Below, one piece after another: positions 13,564-28,860 of a stretch of 64,000 nucleotides of DNA. The notes beneath the pieces are model-generated. The model ran no database searches and was not told the DNA's origin. It was given only the letters and a program-made list of their open reading frames with translations. Where the stretch lies: NCBI RefSeq assembly GCF_009914755.1, contig NC_060929.1. One strand, 5' to 3'. Made by a program: the position numbers and the translations under genes. The stretch comes from the human T2T-CHM13v2.0 reference genome, Homo sapiens. Position 1 is the first letter of the stretch. Each line of letters opens with the position of its first letter.

Positions 13564-16127
13564 TCCTAGGAGGATGTTACTGCCAATCGTGATAACAGAA
13601 TGTGGCAAGTTCAGTGATAAATTGGGCATCCACAAAGTGTTATCAAAATAAAAAGGAGAAGAGCCAACCAGGCTCTGGGGGCTCAGCAGAGCTTCCTAGG
13701 TGTTTGAACCCCATCTAAAGACAGAGCCGGTGTTAGCTTATACTGCAGAGGGAGAATTGCCAGGACCTCCCAATTAATCGGATGAAGAAGCCAAAGGTCC
13801 GAAAGCTGGAGTTCAAAGAGTGAGAGATTTAGAGATTGAACAACCAGCAGAGTGAATGAGTCCTAACACTGACACAGAAAACAAAGAGGTACATATTTTC
13901 TTGTCAGGGGCTAAAGAAAAGAGTATTTTATTTTTGTACAAAATCCACTTGGGTTATCTTTGGCTTATGTAAACTTAATATAATAGAAAAATAGAGGGAA
14001 GCCTTATAATTCCACATTTTCAGAGATCCCTGTAACTCTCTAGCCTGTTTTATGTAACATAGCAATTTCTTGATGATGATTGGTATATAGTCTAAGATTA
14101 CATTCCATAAGAAAAAAAGAGCACAGGTAGACGTAGATACAGATTAGATTTTGAAGACATAGGCATTCATTAATACAAAGATGAATTTACTTAAAATACC
14201 AGAATTATGCCTAACTTTAGGCAGAAGATTTGCACAGTACCATTCAACAGCTACAGCAACACTTAATTCCCATCTGCTCCATTTTATCTTCCACAATGTT
14301 CTTTAACCCCTCCTTCCACACAATGTATACATAAGACCAGCCTCCACTAACGCATTCGAGGTGCTTCTATTTTTAGTAACATGCCAGGAGATCTGTTTTT
14401 ATGGAATTTAATAAACTGTATATTTTCAAAGGTATTTTCTGATGGAAGTTGGTGTTGGTTTTGGGGGGATAGTTTTCAAAAAAATTGATAGGCTGTATTT
14501 TTTTAAAAACATTATGAAAATGTGGGTTCTATTTGAGGCCTTAATGTACAGGCTTTCCCAATATGCCTTTATCCTCAGTCTTTAAAATTAATGCCTACCC
14601 AATTCAATGAAGCCATTCTTCTCAAGATAATTAGACAGTAACGTTTTAACGGACCATAAAAATAAAAGTTGTCAGCCATACACACCTTTAAAATTAGAAA
14701 TGAGCAATTATTTGTTACTATAATTACATGATCCAAATTAGTAAACATGAAGCAATATTTTATCCGTTCTGAAAGGTTACTTAAAAGATGCCATCGTTGA
14801 AATGTTGCTTTTTTAAATTCTTACACTAATTTTTTTTTCCTAAAAAGAGCATAAGCTGAAGAATAGAAACCTCCTGGCACTAATTCCATGCGTGATTCAG
14901 CGAGTCTCTGAACCACTTGTTGCTTCAAATAGCAATGTCAGATGAAAGCATCGTCATAGCTGATATTTTCCGAGCATTACTTTGTTCTAAACCCTGTCCT
15001 AAGTGCTTCAAGTGGGTTATCTCGTTGGATCCTCGCAGCAACCCTAATGCATGGGTATTGTTTCCATACAGATGAGTAAACTAAGGCTCAGAGCAGTCAA
15101 GTATTTCAGGCCATTGTCTCACACTGCTAAGACCCCGACAGACGATACTGTCTGACCACCTAGCTACTCAGTTATACACCCTCGCCTGTATGTCCACTTT
15201 GCAAAGCCATTTTGAAGCACAAGTGAAAAAAACCCGGAACATGCGTTGGTGTTCAATGATTGCATTCTACGCAATACCACAAATACTTATTGAGAATCTA
15301 TTGTGTGAAACCCAAAGGTAGAGAAAAAAAAATTTTTTTAAAGGCTACTTTTAAAGAGCTGCACGAATGTCTGCCTTATTGTTATGCACATTCCTTTCAC
15401 TTTTTAATTTCCAGAACACATTAGTGGTATTCAAAATAGTTACATGTGAGCATTTTAAAAGTAGATATGCAATTAGTGATCTTTCTGGTCATTGTGATTT
15501 TTTTTTAAGCGTCTTTTTCTTTCCCTTGATAACCCTCTCTAAACTTCCGTTCTGGTTCAATGACCTGCAATAATCTTTTCTCCCTGAATCAGGGCAAGTG
15601 CCTTGGGCACATCTCTCGTCTTCATCATTTAAATTTAATGCTCAGCCATTTAACTAACATTTTTATGTTTCTATGAGTTAGCACATTTAAGAAAAAGTGC
15701 ATGCATACACTTGCTCATTGGATATACTTCTTAGAAAATATTTCTAGAAGTAACTTCTCAACAGCCATTATTGGCAATAATCCTCATTTGTTTCCACTGA
15801 AAGTGAAACCAACTGATTTCACTTTCTTAATGACAAAAGTTTCAATCTGCTATTTAATACTAAGAAAACGTCTTGTATAGCAGCAATTTTCTGGCTCTTA
15901 AACTTCCCTCTGTGCACAGTAGCTCATGTGGAAAGCAGAAAAGTTAGAATGTCTGGCCTTGATCATAAAGCCCAGGTAACTCTTACCCTGGCCAGCCGCA
16001 CAGCAGAGTAACAGAGAAAGCCTCACAAGGAACCGATCCCAGATCCTCCGGCTTCCATTTCATCATGCCTGTGGAATCCTAGAGCCTCCTGCTCGAATTT
16101 AGTTTGTTGAACAAAAGGGAGGGATCG

Positions 16128-16431
<304 letters not shown>

Positions 16432-16779
16432 GGAGTCAAAGTAAAGAAAAGAGTGAAGAGTTTGGATCCTTTTTGTTCCCACTGTAGCTGTTACTTCCAC
16501 ACTCCAACAAGTTAAACAGAGGTAGAAGTTGTTGCAAGGTTAGAGAGGCTCCCGTGCTCATTTTGGGCACAGCCCTTTGAGTCTATTCTATAGGCATTGT
16601 TAAGTATTTCTTTATTGATCAGCATAACTTGTTCGTAGTATTAGTAAACCACGTAGATACTGATTGCACCAGAGTTCTTCATTTTTTTGTCATAATATGG
16701 TCTGTAGTAGCAGATAAGAATATAAATAAGCTGAATGCCAACATCCTAGTTTACATTTCTTTCAAAATCAAGATCTCTA

Positions 16780-17283
16780 ATTGTTTTCAACTTCATTTTA
16801 GATTCAGAGAGTACATGTACAGGTTTGTTAGCTGATTATATTCCGTGAAGCTGAGGTTTGGGGTATGGCTGATCCCATCACCCAGGTACTGAGCATAGTA
16901 CTCTACAGTTAGTTTTTCAACTCCTGCCCCTCTCCCTCCCACCTCCCTCCCCACTCTAGTAGTCCCCAGTGCCTATTGTTGCCATCCTTACGTCCATGAG
17001 TACCCGATGTTTAGCTCCCGCTTATAAGTGAGAACATGCCATATTTGGTTTTCTGTTCTTGTGTTAATTCACTTAGGATAATGGCCTCCAGCTGCATCCA
17101 TGTTGTTACAAAGGACATGATTTCATTCTTTTTTATGGCTGCATAGTATTCCATGGTGTATACAGACCACATTTTCTTTATCCAGTCTACCACTGATGGG
17201 CACCTAGGTTGATTCCATGTCTTTGCTATTGTGAATAATGCTGCATTGAACATGTGAGTCCATGTCTCTTTTTGGTAGAACAA
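16780..17283 (-). mobile_element. L1 (L1PB/L1MA-like) 3' end including ORF2 C-terminal remnant
   Basis: Minus ORF 17011..17283, AALFTIAKTWNQPRCPS..DWIKKMW..TMEYYAAIKKNE, matches the L1 ORF2p C-terminus. Confidence 0.92.
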
Positions 17284-19444
17284 AAATCCCTAATTTTAAT
17301 TTTGACTAAATTTTATTTCAAAAATCAGATAATAAATTCCTGACATACTGTAATCAAGCATCAGTAGATTCCTAAACCATGGGTGTTTTTCATTTCCATT
17401 GATATGAAAAGCCAAGAATACATTGTAACCAGAATTATACATTTAACTTTTAGAGGCCTCAACCTCTCTAGCCAAATTTTAAAATGTCTTCCTTATGTTC
17501 CACCCACATTTACCAAAAATAAACAGACATACGGGAGGGGTCCTCCCTTTGACAGCCTTCATCAAATTAGGAGATTATGTTTAGATGTCAATGTGCCATT
17601 GCAACCTCGAGGGGGCAACTCTGTGTGTGTTGGTGTAGGCTGCTGGGCGCAAACTCCCATCTTCCTACAAGCTTTTATTTTGCCAGTTACCAAGATGACA
17701 ATAAAATGTAACCGTCATGAACATGCTAAATACATCAGCGTTCTTTGCAAACCTTTCTTTCCATCTAGAATTGAAGATCAAAAAGAAGTACAGAATTCCC
17801 CATAAGAAAATTAGAGCTTTTTTATCACAATTATCAATACATAAGTAAAAGTAATGGGTATTCTCAAAGGCCCATGTAAGGAGTCAAATTTGAAATTATG
17901 TGACCTGGAATAAGAAGCAAAGAAGCATGCCAAAATATTTCCCAGGGAAAGCATTTATAATTTCTTCCAGTTTTTTATTCACAGAGAATATATATGCTCA
18001 AAAAAGAGAGGCATTTTAAAAGATTAAAATATATACATATAAAAATATGAATAAATATTTTAGGTGAGTTGGTGTGTTTCAAAGGACTTGAGGGCAGTGA
18101 TAAGGGCATAATAAAAAGCTTGAAATATCACTCTGAATATGGGATTTAATGCCCACTAGAGGGAATGGAGATTGGAGTTAAGAAGGTAGTTGAAGAAGTT
18201 ATCTCAGTTATGGCCTTTTTGGAATAGATTTGGAGAGAAAATGCTTTTCATTCATTCAACAATTACTTGCTAGAGAGTGTAAGTCCATAGCATGAGCAGA
18301 CTGTCTATGTTTCAGCCTCAGCTGCACTTCTGACTACGTGTGTAATATTAGGCAAGTAATTTAATCTCCCTGTGCCCCCTCGATTCCTCAACTGTTAAAT
18401 GAAAGGAGTCATAAAATTATTGAGGTGAGAATTAAATAACTTAATACACAGAAAAGGCTTAGAACGGGGCCCAAGATATCACACTTACCAGTAAGGAACT
18501 AAAGCAAGATCCACGTAAGGAGGGAAGGTGCCCTGCTGTGAAGTGTGCCTTCAAAGAACAGGTGAAATGGAGAGAAAGAAGAGCCAAAGGTGAACAGGTG
18601 ATCCCACTGATGGCCAATGTTGTGAAGCCAAGTATTATGGGTCAGAAGATGCTGCCAAAGCAGTGAAGGCAGCTGAGTCTGATGCATTAACAGCAATTCG
18701 GGGCATGAGTTTATATAAAAATATGAAGTTGCCTTTATTATTCTAACTATAAGAAAAATAATATGCACACGACACCTCACATTGTTTGATGATCCCTGGC
18801 AACTGGTAGATTCCCCTCTATTTAAGGATATTTATCCTTTCATTTGAAAACATCATCACTTTATGGTACAATTTGGGGTTTATATTATTTCAATTGCCAT
18901 GAATGTTATTATAGAATCCGGTTAACTCTTGTTTGTTTGTAATAAGAAAGTTTAAGGCACCCAACAATTTTTTAAATGATCTTTTCACTTGGGTTATAAT
19001 AAGGTTTTAAATAGGAATCGTTATCACAGTTAAGTTAGGATTAATATCGTAATCTCCTTATATAATTGAACCAAAGTTTTATTTTGAGAAAATTACTGTT
19101 GATTTAATTATTTAATTACCCTGAATGTTTCACCTTTTTAAGAGCAGAATAATTAATTCTTTGTTTAAGGTTGAACTTTGACCTTAAATATATTGAGCAG
19201 TGTTTCAAATTGGATCCCAGGCCTACTCTTTCAATTAGCACTTCAGATATCGAATGCAAACTCTGGAATACTTACATCTTTGCAAACTCTGCAAGACCCT
19301 AGCCTACATGTCTTACTCATCCTTATATACCCAGTAGTGCCTAGCACATATTTTTGCACATAAAAACAGCCAAATACTACTTGAATTAAGCTACAGTGAG
19401 CACAGAATATTAAAAAACCACCTTGTTATCTAAAAACTACCTTC

Positions 19445-19690
19445 CAATTTTTCCAGCTTTATTGAGGTATAATTGACAAAAATTATATATACTTAGGGAG
19501 TACAATATGATATTTTGATATACGTTGTGAAATGATTACTATCATGTTAATTAGCATATCCATTACCTCACATAGTTACCATTTGTGTGTATGTGTATTT
19601 GTGTGTGTGTGATGAGAACATTTAAGATCTATTCCCTTAGCCAATTTTAAGTATACAGTATTATATTAACTATAGTCTCCATGTTGACAT
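19445..19690 (-). mobile_element. L1MA-type 3' end fragment
   Basis: tttattgaggtataattgacaaa...atccattacctcacatagttacc...gagaacatttaagatcta. Confidence 0.8.
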
Positions 19691-20669
19691 TTGATTTCTA
19701 TGCCTCCCAATTGATTGATGCAATGGTTTGATATGAATATCTTTGATAGTGTTTTGCAGCATTAGCTTAACAATGGAAAATCTAATGTCTTTAAAGTTCA
19801 AGGATGTTTTAGATAGTAAACATATAAACCAAGTGTGTTATGAAAGTCTTTCTATGAAAACTACCTCTGGAAATTTCATATCAAAATGGCACAAATATTT
19901 TATGATACAAAAGAAGAAAACTCAAGCTTCCTTAGTGCAAAACAAGGGAACTAAAGACAACATGGTGGTCCGTGCACAAACTAACAAGAAAAATAAGAAA
20001 AGATATAACAAATAATATTGTATCATGAAAGCTGGTTCCTTTGAGACTTTTACAAATTAAAATCAGACATTATTTAGGGTCTCAGTAGAAGAAAGTTTGA
20101 AACAAAATGAGAAAAAGGCAAACAGATTTGGCCAATGGAAAACAAATTTATTTTTCTTAAAATTGCTAAGAAGCTACATTGTACAGACAATTCAAGTGTT
20201 CAGCAAAAGAGAAATCATTTAAAACCTGAGATTGTTGATTGCAACGATTCACAAAAATATCAGCTATAGAGAGAAATGTGATAATATAGGGACAGAAAAA
20301 TTATATGTAATGACATTCTTTTTTTAACCAACTATATATCTTTTAATCAACATATTTTGAGTTCTCACAGAAAACAATCATTTCTGGAAAATAATCTCAT
20401 CTTAATGCTTTCTACTACTTATGAATACAAATCAGAAAAGAAGCACAAAAGAGGAAATGTAGAGAAAATCCTGCTTTAAAATACAGTTACACAAAGCTTT
20501 AGCATGCTGGATTGTTTTGTTTTCATAAATTGTGAAACATAAAAATCTGGCTCATTTCCTTATTATTCTAGAGCATGAGGCTTTTTGAGGGGTCAGAGGT
20601 ATTAGGGGTCAATGAGGATCAACATCCCCCAGGCAGCAAAGTTCCCCTTTAAGAAATAAGAAAAGCATT

Positions 20670-21401
<732 letters not shown>

Positions 21402-21932
21402 ACTTTCTTATGCTGTTTGTGCCTTGACTGTTCTGTCTATCCTCCCAACCACATATATCATGTTAAAAGAAAAAACAAAGGGCAGCTATTTAGCTTGTAT
21501 TAAAGCTATGATCTTGCTGATTACCAATCCACTTGCCTCTTAAAGGAAAATAGAGTCTTCAAGTCAAATCGAGAAAATTCAGTGACTTGGGCAAAGTTGA
21601 GTGGTGGTACTTCATTTCATTTTATCTCCTTTTCAACAGTAGACATCGCTTCCCTGAGTTTTAAAATGATAACGTGGCCATTGAAATCTTGACTGCCACG
21701 CAAACCAGCAATTAACACCTGAAGAAGGGGAAGGTGTAGGGTGGGAGAGAGAGAAAAGAGAATTCAACACAAGAGAAAGTATTCCCTGGCAGGCTACGAG
21801 TCATCACAGATTATCTTTTAGCAGAGTTTCATGGCAGAAAACTTGTAGTGAAGATAGGGAGCAATGATAATATTGTCTCGCATTGTGTCGAGCTTTACAG
21901 CTTATAAAATGCTGTCACATGTACAAGCATTC

Positions 21933-22005
21933 CTCAGGTGATCCACATAACCACTCTCTAGTTGAACTTTCTCAGGGGATCCACATAACCACTCTCTAGT
22001 TGAAC
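21933..22005. repeat. Tandem duplication, period 38 bp (35 bp repeated, 1 mismatch)
   Basis: ctcaggTgatccacataaccactctctagttgaac ttt ctcaggGgatccacataaccactctctagttgaac. Confidence 0.9.
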
Positions 22006-22337
22006 ATGATTCATTCCTTTTGCGTGTAAGCAAACACAAGCTCAGAGGAGTTCAGGGACCCCAGGGCCATTGCCAGCACAGTACCAAAGCTGAGGCTAGA
22101 GTTCAGCTTTCTTGAGGGGTTTAAGTCTGATACTCTTTCCCTATATCACATTATTAAGTTATTAAAGTAGCAGAGAGTATTTCAGATACGGTGGGCAAAT
22201 GAAACAATGACATACGTGGGAGGGAGAGGAGCACAAATTTCATGCCACTGACATTGCAGTGAGGAAACTTTCCCCAGCGGGGTCGTCAGATAGTATGAAT
22301 TTCTCTTTGCTAATGTTTCAGTTGGTTTCTTTAACTG

Positions 22338-22470
22338 AAAGAGGAGGAGGGGGAGAAGGAGAGCTTTTGAAATGGAGGAGGAAGAGGAGAGGAGGAGAAG
22401 AAAAAGGACAACAGAGAAAGGAGAAAGGAGAAAGGGAGCTTTCAAAATGAGGAGGATGAGGAGAGCTTTT
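22338..22470. repeat. Purine-rich (GGA/GAA) low-complexity tract
   Basis: gaggaggagggggagaagga...ggagaaaggagaaaggag; gagcttt(t/c)..aaat occurs three times. Confidence 0.75.
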
Positions 22471-22882
22471 GAAATCTAAGCTGGCTCCCAAGCAAAAAAA
22501 AAAAAAACTAATAAATGAGCTCATTATCTTCTTTCCTAGAATCATTTGCTATTAATTCCCTGATGGTATGAGAGGTTATAGAATTCAATTTACTCATCAT
22601 TTATTGTGCACATACAGGATGCTTGAGAGTTATGAATTCAAGTAAAAAAATAGTCATTTGTCTTATAGAGATACATAGCTTTAACTTTTTAGATCCTAAG
22701 TAAAAGTCAACATAAAAGAATATAATATCCAACATATTTTTTACCTTTCAGGAAGAACATGTTTTAGAAAAAGTCCATTTGCTATTAAGGAACACATTTT
22801 TTTAAATTTCTGCCCTTTGAATTATCATATCTCAAATGCCTGCATTTTATCTATTGATACTCTCCTCCAAGACATATGTGTC

Positions 22883-22961
22883 AAAGAGAAAGAGAGAGAG
22901 AGGGAGAAAGAGAAAGGGGGCTGGGGGAGTGTGTGTGGGGGGTGTGTTTGTGTGTGTGTGT
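22883..22961. repeat. (GA)n followed by (GT)n microsatellite
   Basis: Seen directly. Confidence 0.85.
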
Positions 22962-23404
22962 CCTTTTTTGGTGATTGCTGAAGAGGTTACACTATAAAGC
23001 AAAAAAGGTAGCATTCTAACTGGTGAGTTACAACGCCTTACTCAATCAATTTTTGACTGGGATCTGGCTCTCAGCTTGATTTACCACTGGCTTTCTGAAA
23101 ATGAAAATGTTAGACTAAGCAGGAGCTGAGACTAATGTCACAGTCTGCCAAGGCAAGAGGGACCTTGGACTTCAAAAGCCAAGCATAAAGCAGTAAACAA
23201 TGCCTTTTTGGGGAAATAACTTTATGCAGTTAATAAACTAAAAGGCATTTGTTTAATTGACAAATCCTGAATGAACAATAGCATTTATTATAGTTTGTAT
23301 CATTTGTGGCAGTAGAATTTACAAATAACTTAGCCTGGGGTCTGATAATAAATACAACGAATACAGAAATGTTTATAATCAGTGTGGGGAGGGTTGCTTT
23401 GATG

Positions 23405-23630
23405 TGAATGAGAATAGACTTTGGAGTCAGGCAGGCCTTGGTATCCTTTCTGGCTCTGCGCTTAACTTTGGGTAAATTACTTAATCTCTCTGGCCTCAGT
23501 TTCCTAATCTGAAAAAAATGGAGAAAATAAAAGTTACCCCCTGGAGTCATTGTGAGAATTAATGCATGCAACACACCAACCATTTTTGCAGTACCTGATA
23601 CACAGTAAAGTGTTCAGGAAGGGTTAGTTT
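23405..23630 (+). mobile_element. MIR SINE
   Basis: gactttggagtcag...ttgggtaaattacttaatctctctggcctcagtttcctaatctgaaaaaatgg. Confidence 0.8.
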
Positions 23631-23708
23631 TCCTCCCTCCTCCACTGGGATTCTTGAAGGACCACACGCAGTTTCAGTTCACGTTGAATTTCAGAAATAT
23701 GGAGCTAC

Positions 23709-24258
23709 TGTCTTAGTTTCTTGTTGCTGCTGTAACAAGTCACCACAGATTTGTGGCTTAACACAATATAAATTTATCATCTCATAATTCTGGAGGTCAG
23801 AAATGGGTTTCACTGGGCTAAAATCAAGGTGTCTGCAAGATGTCTTTATGGAGGCTTCAGGGAAGGATCCATTTCCCATCTTTTCCAGCTTCTAGATACC
23901 ACCTGCATTCTTTGGCTTCTCAGCTCATGGCGCCTTCCTCCGTCTTCAAGCCCAGAAGCATAGAGACTTCAAATTCTCTCTCTCTCTTTCTCTCTTCCTC
24001 TCTCTCTCTCTCTGTCCTTGGCTCCTATCATCACATTTCCATCTCTCACTCCAACTCTCCCCTCTTTCCCTTGTAAGGACCCTTGCAATTACCTTGGGCT
24101 CACCTGGGTAATCCAAGATAATCTCCCCATCTCAAAATCCTTATCTTGATCACATGTGTAAAGTCCTTTTTGCCATGTGAGGAAACACAGTCACAGGTCC
24201 CGGGAATTAGGACATGGACATCTTTGGGGGAGCAGGTGCATTAGTCTGCCTACTACCA
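23709..24258 (-). mobile_element. MLT1 (MaLR) solo LTR
   Basis: tgtcttagtttc..gctgctgtaacaa..ccaca..gtggcttaa...aaatcaaggtgtc...taatccaagataatctcc...gacatctttgggg. Confidence 0.82.
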
Positions 24259-24576
24259 CTATTATCACTCTAAAGTTTTGTTCATTTAAGTTACTCTGGT
24301 ACTTTTGACATGAAATTCAAGGTATTGAGTGTAAAAAATAATTGTCAAGGGAATTAGTAAATTTCTGCTGTGTTTAGGCTTAAACTTCTTTTGCTTTTAG
24401 CACTTTGTCAAACATTCTCCTCCACATGACACAAGGTCTATTTCAGGGGTTATTAAATGTAACAAAAAACAAAAAATTGAATTGAGTAGGGTTATGCTGA
24501 ATCTCTGCAAATACAGATCCCTTATGGTATTATTTAAGTGTATTTTAAAAGTCACAAAGTACACATTGATAAGAAA

Positions 24577-24640
24577 GATGGAAGGATGGATGGATGGATG
24601 GATGGATGGAAGGAAAAAGAGAGAGAGACAGACAGACAGA
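24577..24640. repeat. (GGAT)n / (GA)n / (GACA)n compound microsatellite
   Basis: Seen directly. Confidence 0.85.
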
Positions 24641-24652
24641 TTTAAGTTTGAT

Positions 24653-24853
24653 CAATGTTCTCAATTTTCTGACCCCAGGGGACATTTGGAAATATCTGGA
24701 GACATTTTTGGCTGTCACATCTTGGGAAGACGCTACTGGCACCTAGTAGGTAGGGACAAAGGACTCTGCTGAACATCCTATAATGTATGGGACAGCTCCC
24801 CAAACAGTTACCTAGCCCAAAATGCCAATAGAGCAGAGACTGAAAAACACTGA
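24653..24853 (+). mobile_element. MER20 (hAT-Charlie)
   Basis: ccccaggggacatttgg..tctggagacatttttggctgtcac...tactggcacctagt...aacatcctataatg...gcccaaaatgccaatag...tgaaaaacactg. Confidence 0.85.
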
Positions 24854-25404
24854 ATTAGATAATTCGTTGTAACTCAAAATATTGTTTGGTACAGAGTAAG
24901 CCTTTAATGAATGTTTACAGAACTAAATGTAAAAACACAGGGAAAAAAATGTGTTGTGGTTAATAGAGTAGGCCACCTGGACTCAAATCTTGCTCTTATT
25001 CATCGTGCCATGCTGAGAAGTGATTTACCTCCTATATTGCCTCAGTTGCCTCATCACTTAAGAGGGGATAAGAATAGAATCATAATGAGTAACAAATTAT
25101 GTAATCTTTGTGACCAGTTCAGGTCATGTCCTGGCCCATGATATGGGCTTAACAAATGTCTGCTATTATCATTTTTCCAAATCCCAGCCAGACCAATTGC
25201 CAGATGATGAATCACAAAAGAGAAGACTTTGAAGATAAAATATTTACACCATTATAAAAATCAATTAAATCATTTCTACTATATAGGAAAATACAAATAT
25301 GGGGGGGTCATAAGAGCCAACATGGTGTAATAGAAAAAGAACAGGAGATATGAAGGCAGCCTGATCCCAGGTTTTGTCAGAAAAATAGATTTTCTAGATT
25401 CTCT

Positions 25405-25751
<347 letters not shown>

Positions 25752-27699
25752 TGACCAACCAAAATAAAACTCACTAATTCCATGTATAAATGTAGTCACC
25801 AAGCATTACTTGCAGCATGCTCTGGCATGTAGGTCATTTTTCCACCCCAGCTATCTCAATGGGGTTTGTACTAGGAATTGGCCCTTCCATCTACTGAAGT
25901 TTGTATGGTAGGACATTCCCAAAACCAAGGAACTTCACATTCCTGGATGTCAAATAACACATACAAAGACTTATTTCTACTGCCCTGAGACACATGAATC
26001 TGAATCCACAGGGTGGAACAGTGGCAAGGTTTGGGTAAAGGTGAAAGCAGAGTGGGTTTTTCCCACTTGCCCTGGGGCGATCACGTGGTGAGGGAGAAGC
26101 CCTGTTTCATTCCCATGAGCCTTCCTGGGCTTCTCCAGAACAAGAAGGGGGTGGATTGATCCAATAGATGGTCCAGTAGAAGGACAAAGCAATCCTGTAG
26201 CTAGGACTACATGTGCTAAGGGTGACAAAGAAGACATAGCCAGACCTCGAGGGCAGTATGTGATGCCAGTGAGGGACGTGAGATGTAGCTATTCACCTTG
26301 ATCACTGGAGAGCAAAGGTCATGATCTGCCAGAACCACAGATGCCACTGAGGAAAGTAATACATAAGAGATATTCTCTAGAGACCAGAGGATCAGAGGGC
26401 AGCATGAGGACTATCCTTGGCTCCAAAAGCCCCCAAATTCCTCACTGGCAAAGGCCATGTGGCTTCCTCTCCTTCATACATGCAGATGTCATCTCGGACT
26501 GGATCAGGAGCAAAGCAGGAGGAGAAAGAAACCAGAAAGACTGGGATTTATCCTAAAGAGACCGTATTACTGAATCAGGAAGATTTTATTGGGATTGCAC
26601 TAAATTACTGAGTTGATATTCAACCTGTATTGAGCTTCTAATCCTCAATGGCACTAGAGCTTGAGGGAAAAGCTATAAACAAAAATAATTATAAGGAAGC
26701 TGCATCTTTCCTTGCACATTTGAGTGCAGTGTGAGAAAATATGTGACCCTGCAACTTACGGGAAGGAGTGTTTCTATTTTTGCTGACTTTATGGCTTTTC
26801 TTACCCCAGGCACATACTCAAGGCCTCTTCTGATTTTCTCCCACACTGAGCCTTGAAACCATGCCATGTGCTCATATCGGTTGCTAAATCATTTTTCTCC
26901 CATCAGTAGTCTAAGCTTCTCCAAGAAGTCTTCCTAAACCATCAAAGAGCTTTCACATTCCCTGATTCAGTCTTCTCCAACTTACAAGTTCCTTCTATGC
27001 TATTCTCCAGCTTTTTACTTACCTTGTGAATCCTAATACCTAATAACAGTAAAGTGTCTAATTTCTGCTTTTTTCTGTATATTTTATTCCAACGTAAATG
27101 GCAAGTTTATAGAAGGCAGAGTTTAGATGCTTTTATTCATTGCTTTATGCAACTGGTCAGACCAATTAGTGTTTTTAAATGGTCGTGGTTGACAGAATTA
27201 AATTATTTTATTATGAAATAATGTTTCCATGAAATAGAGCATTTCTCTTTAGTTGCTGCAACAGGAGGATACTTGAAATATAGTTCGGTAAAATCTTGCA
27301 GCTTTTTCACCATTAACAGATGACTTCTGACCCAGCATCCAATGTATTTATGATGGTCAATGAATCCAATGTACTTACAATTGGTCCATTTTTGTCAACA
27401 AATCCAATACAAGTTGGCTTTACTATTGTGTTGAAGTTGAATTTGTTATTAAAGAAATGCTTTCAGGTCTGAGGCAATAACTTGAATTACCTCCTCAGAT
27501 TGTTCAGATTAGACCATGTGTCTAATGTTTAGTAGTAATTGATAAATTATCTGGCAATTTCAGGAACGTATATTTTTGATCTACAGAATTATCCTAAAGT
27601 CAAGAAAGAGTATAGAGGACACTAAGATTTATTGAGTGTCTGCTATGTGCCAGAAACCTTCACTGATCATTGATATCTTATCCAATTTAATTTTTACAA

Positions 27700-28860
27700 G
27701 ATTCATTTATTTATTCTTTCATTCATTCCTTGCTATCATTGACTATTAGTGTCTATAAAGTGCCTGTATATCAGGCTCTGAGGATACAGAAGTGACCTAG
27801 ACAGGTTTGGTGCCTTCCTTTATGAACCTGCAATCTAGCTTGGAAAACAGCTGTGAAACACATCATCAGCAACAATAGAATGTGCTGATGGCTAAGTGGG
27901 GAATGAATTGATTGCATATAGGAGGAGACTCTAACTTAGACCAGCAGCTTAAGGAAGGCTTCTCTGAGGTGATAAAGATTAAGCAGACCTGGCACAAGAG
28001 TTGGCTTAACTAGGTGAGGATATTAAAAGGGATTGATGTCAAGGGAACCACATGCAGGAAGGCGTAGCTACGAAAGAGCTAGTTAGTGATGTTATCTTCA
28101 AGAAACTGCAAGAAGTAGGGTATGGCTGGAACCAGGAGAGTTAAGGGGAGAACGATGGCTGATGAAGCCAAAGAGAGGAGGAGCAGAGGCCGTGCCGGGC
28201 TTTGGAGGCCATGCGAAGGGGTGGGGATGAGGGCTTTATCCCAAGAGTAAAGAGGACACTGCAGGATTTAATTAGAGGAGACTGGCATCTTCAGAGTTGG
28301 TGTTGTTCTTAAGTTGATCTAGTTACAGAAAGGAAAATCTAAAGAAAGCAAGCCTGGGTGTGTGTTTGGAGGGCCTCCTTGCAATAGACCAATGAGAAAA
28401 GGCAGTAGCATGGACCAGGGTGACAGCAGTGAAAATGGGAAAAGGAAAAAAGTAGGTGAATCAAGATATACATAAGAGGTAGAATTGACTAGAGTTGGTG
28501 GCTTAATGAATGTGGGGATAGTGGCAGAGGGTATGGCCTAGGATGACTCCCTGGTGGCTTTTACAGAGATGAGAGGAGGAAAATGATTTGGAGAGAAGGT
28601 GATGAGGTCAATATTGGATGTGCTGAGTGTAAGTTGTCTAAGAGAAAGAGGTGACTATATTCTTGACTCCAGATCTCAAGAAAATGTTCTTCCCTGGGGT
28701 AACAGATAGATTTAGGCACTGATGGTACAGAGATAGCAATTGAATCCATGAAAAGAGATAGAGGATCTCATGTGGGGAGAGCATGTGAAAGGAGGGAGAC
28801 AAGGACCAAAGACACAGGCCTACAGGATACCAGCATATAAGGGGCAGATAGAGGAGGCAA
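27700..28860 (-). mobile_element. L2 LINE fragment
   Basis: attcatttatttattc..cattcattc tail, gaaggcttctctgaggtga, ggaccagggtgacagcagtg, tggatgtgctgagt. Confidence 0.7.

Noticed and set aside
17011-17283. ORF resembling a reverse-transcriptase protein C-terminus (also 30777-31019)
   Set aside because: Short decayed L1 ORF2 remnants, not functional genes.
17383-17805. 140-aa + strand ORF, the longest in the track
   Set aside because: Starts at GTG, has no recognisable domain and is intronic; compatible with chance.
21933-22005. 35-bp direct repeat ending GTTGAAC that resembles a CRISPR repeat
   Set aside because: Only two copies separated by 3 bp, with no spacers or cas genes; it is a simple tandem duplication.
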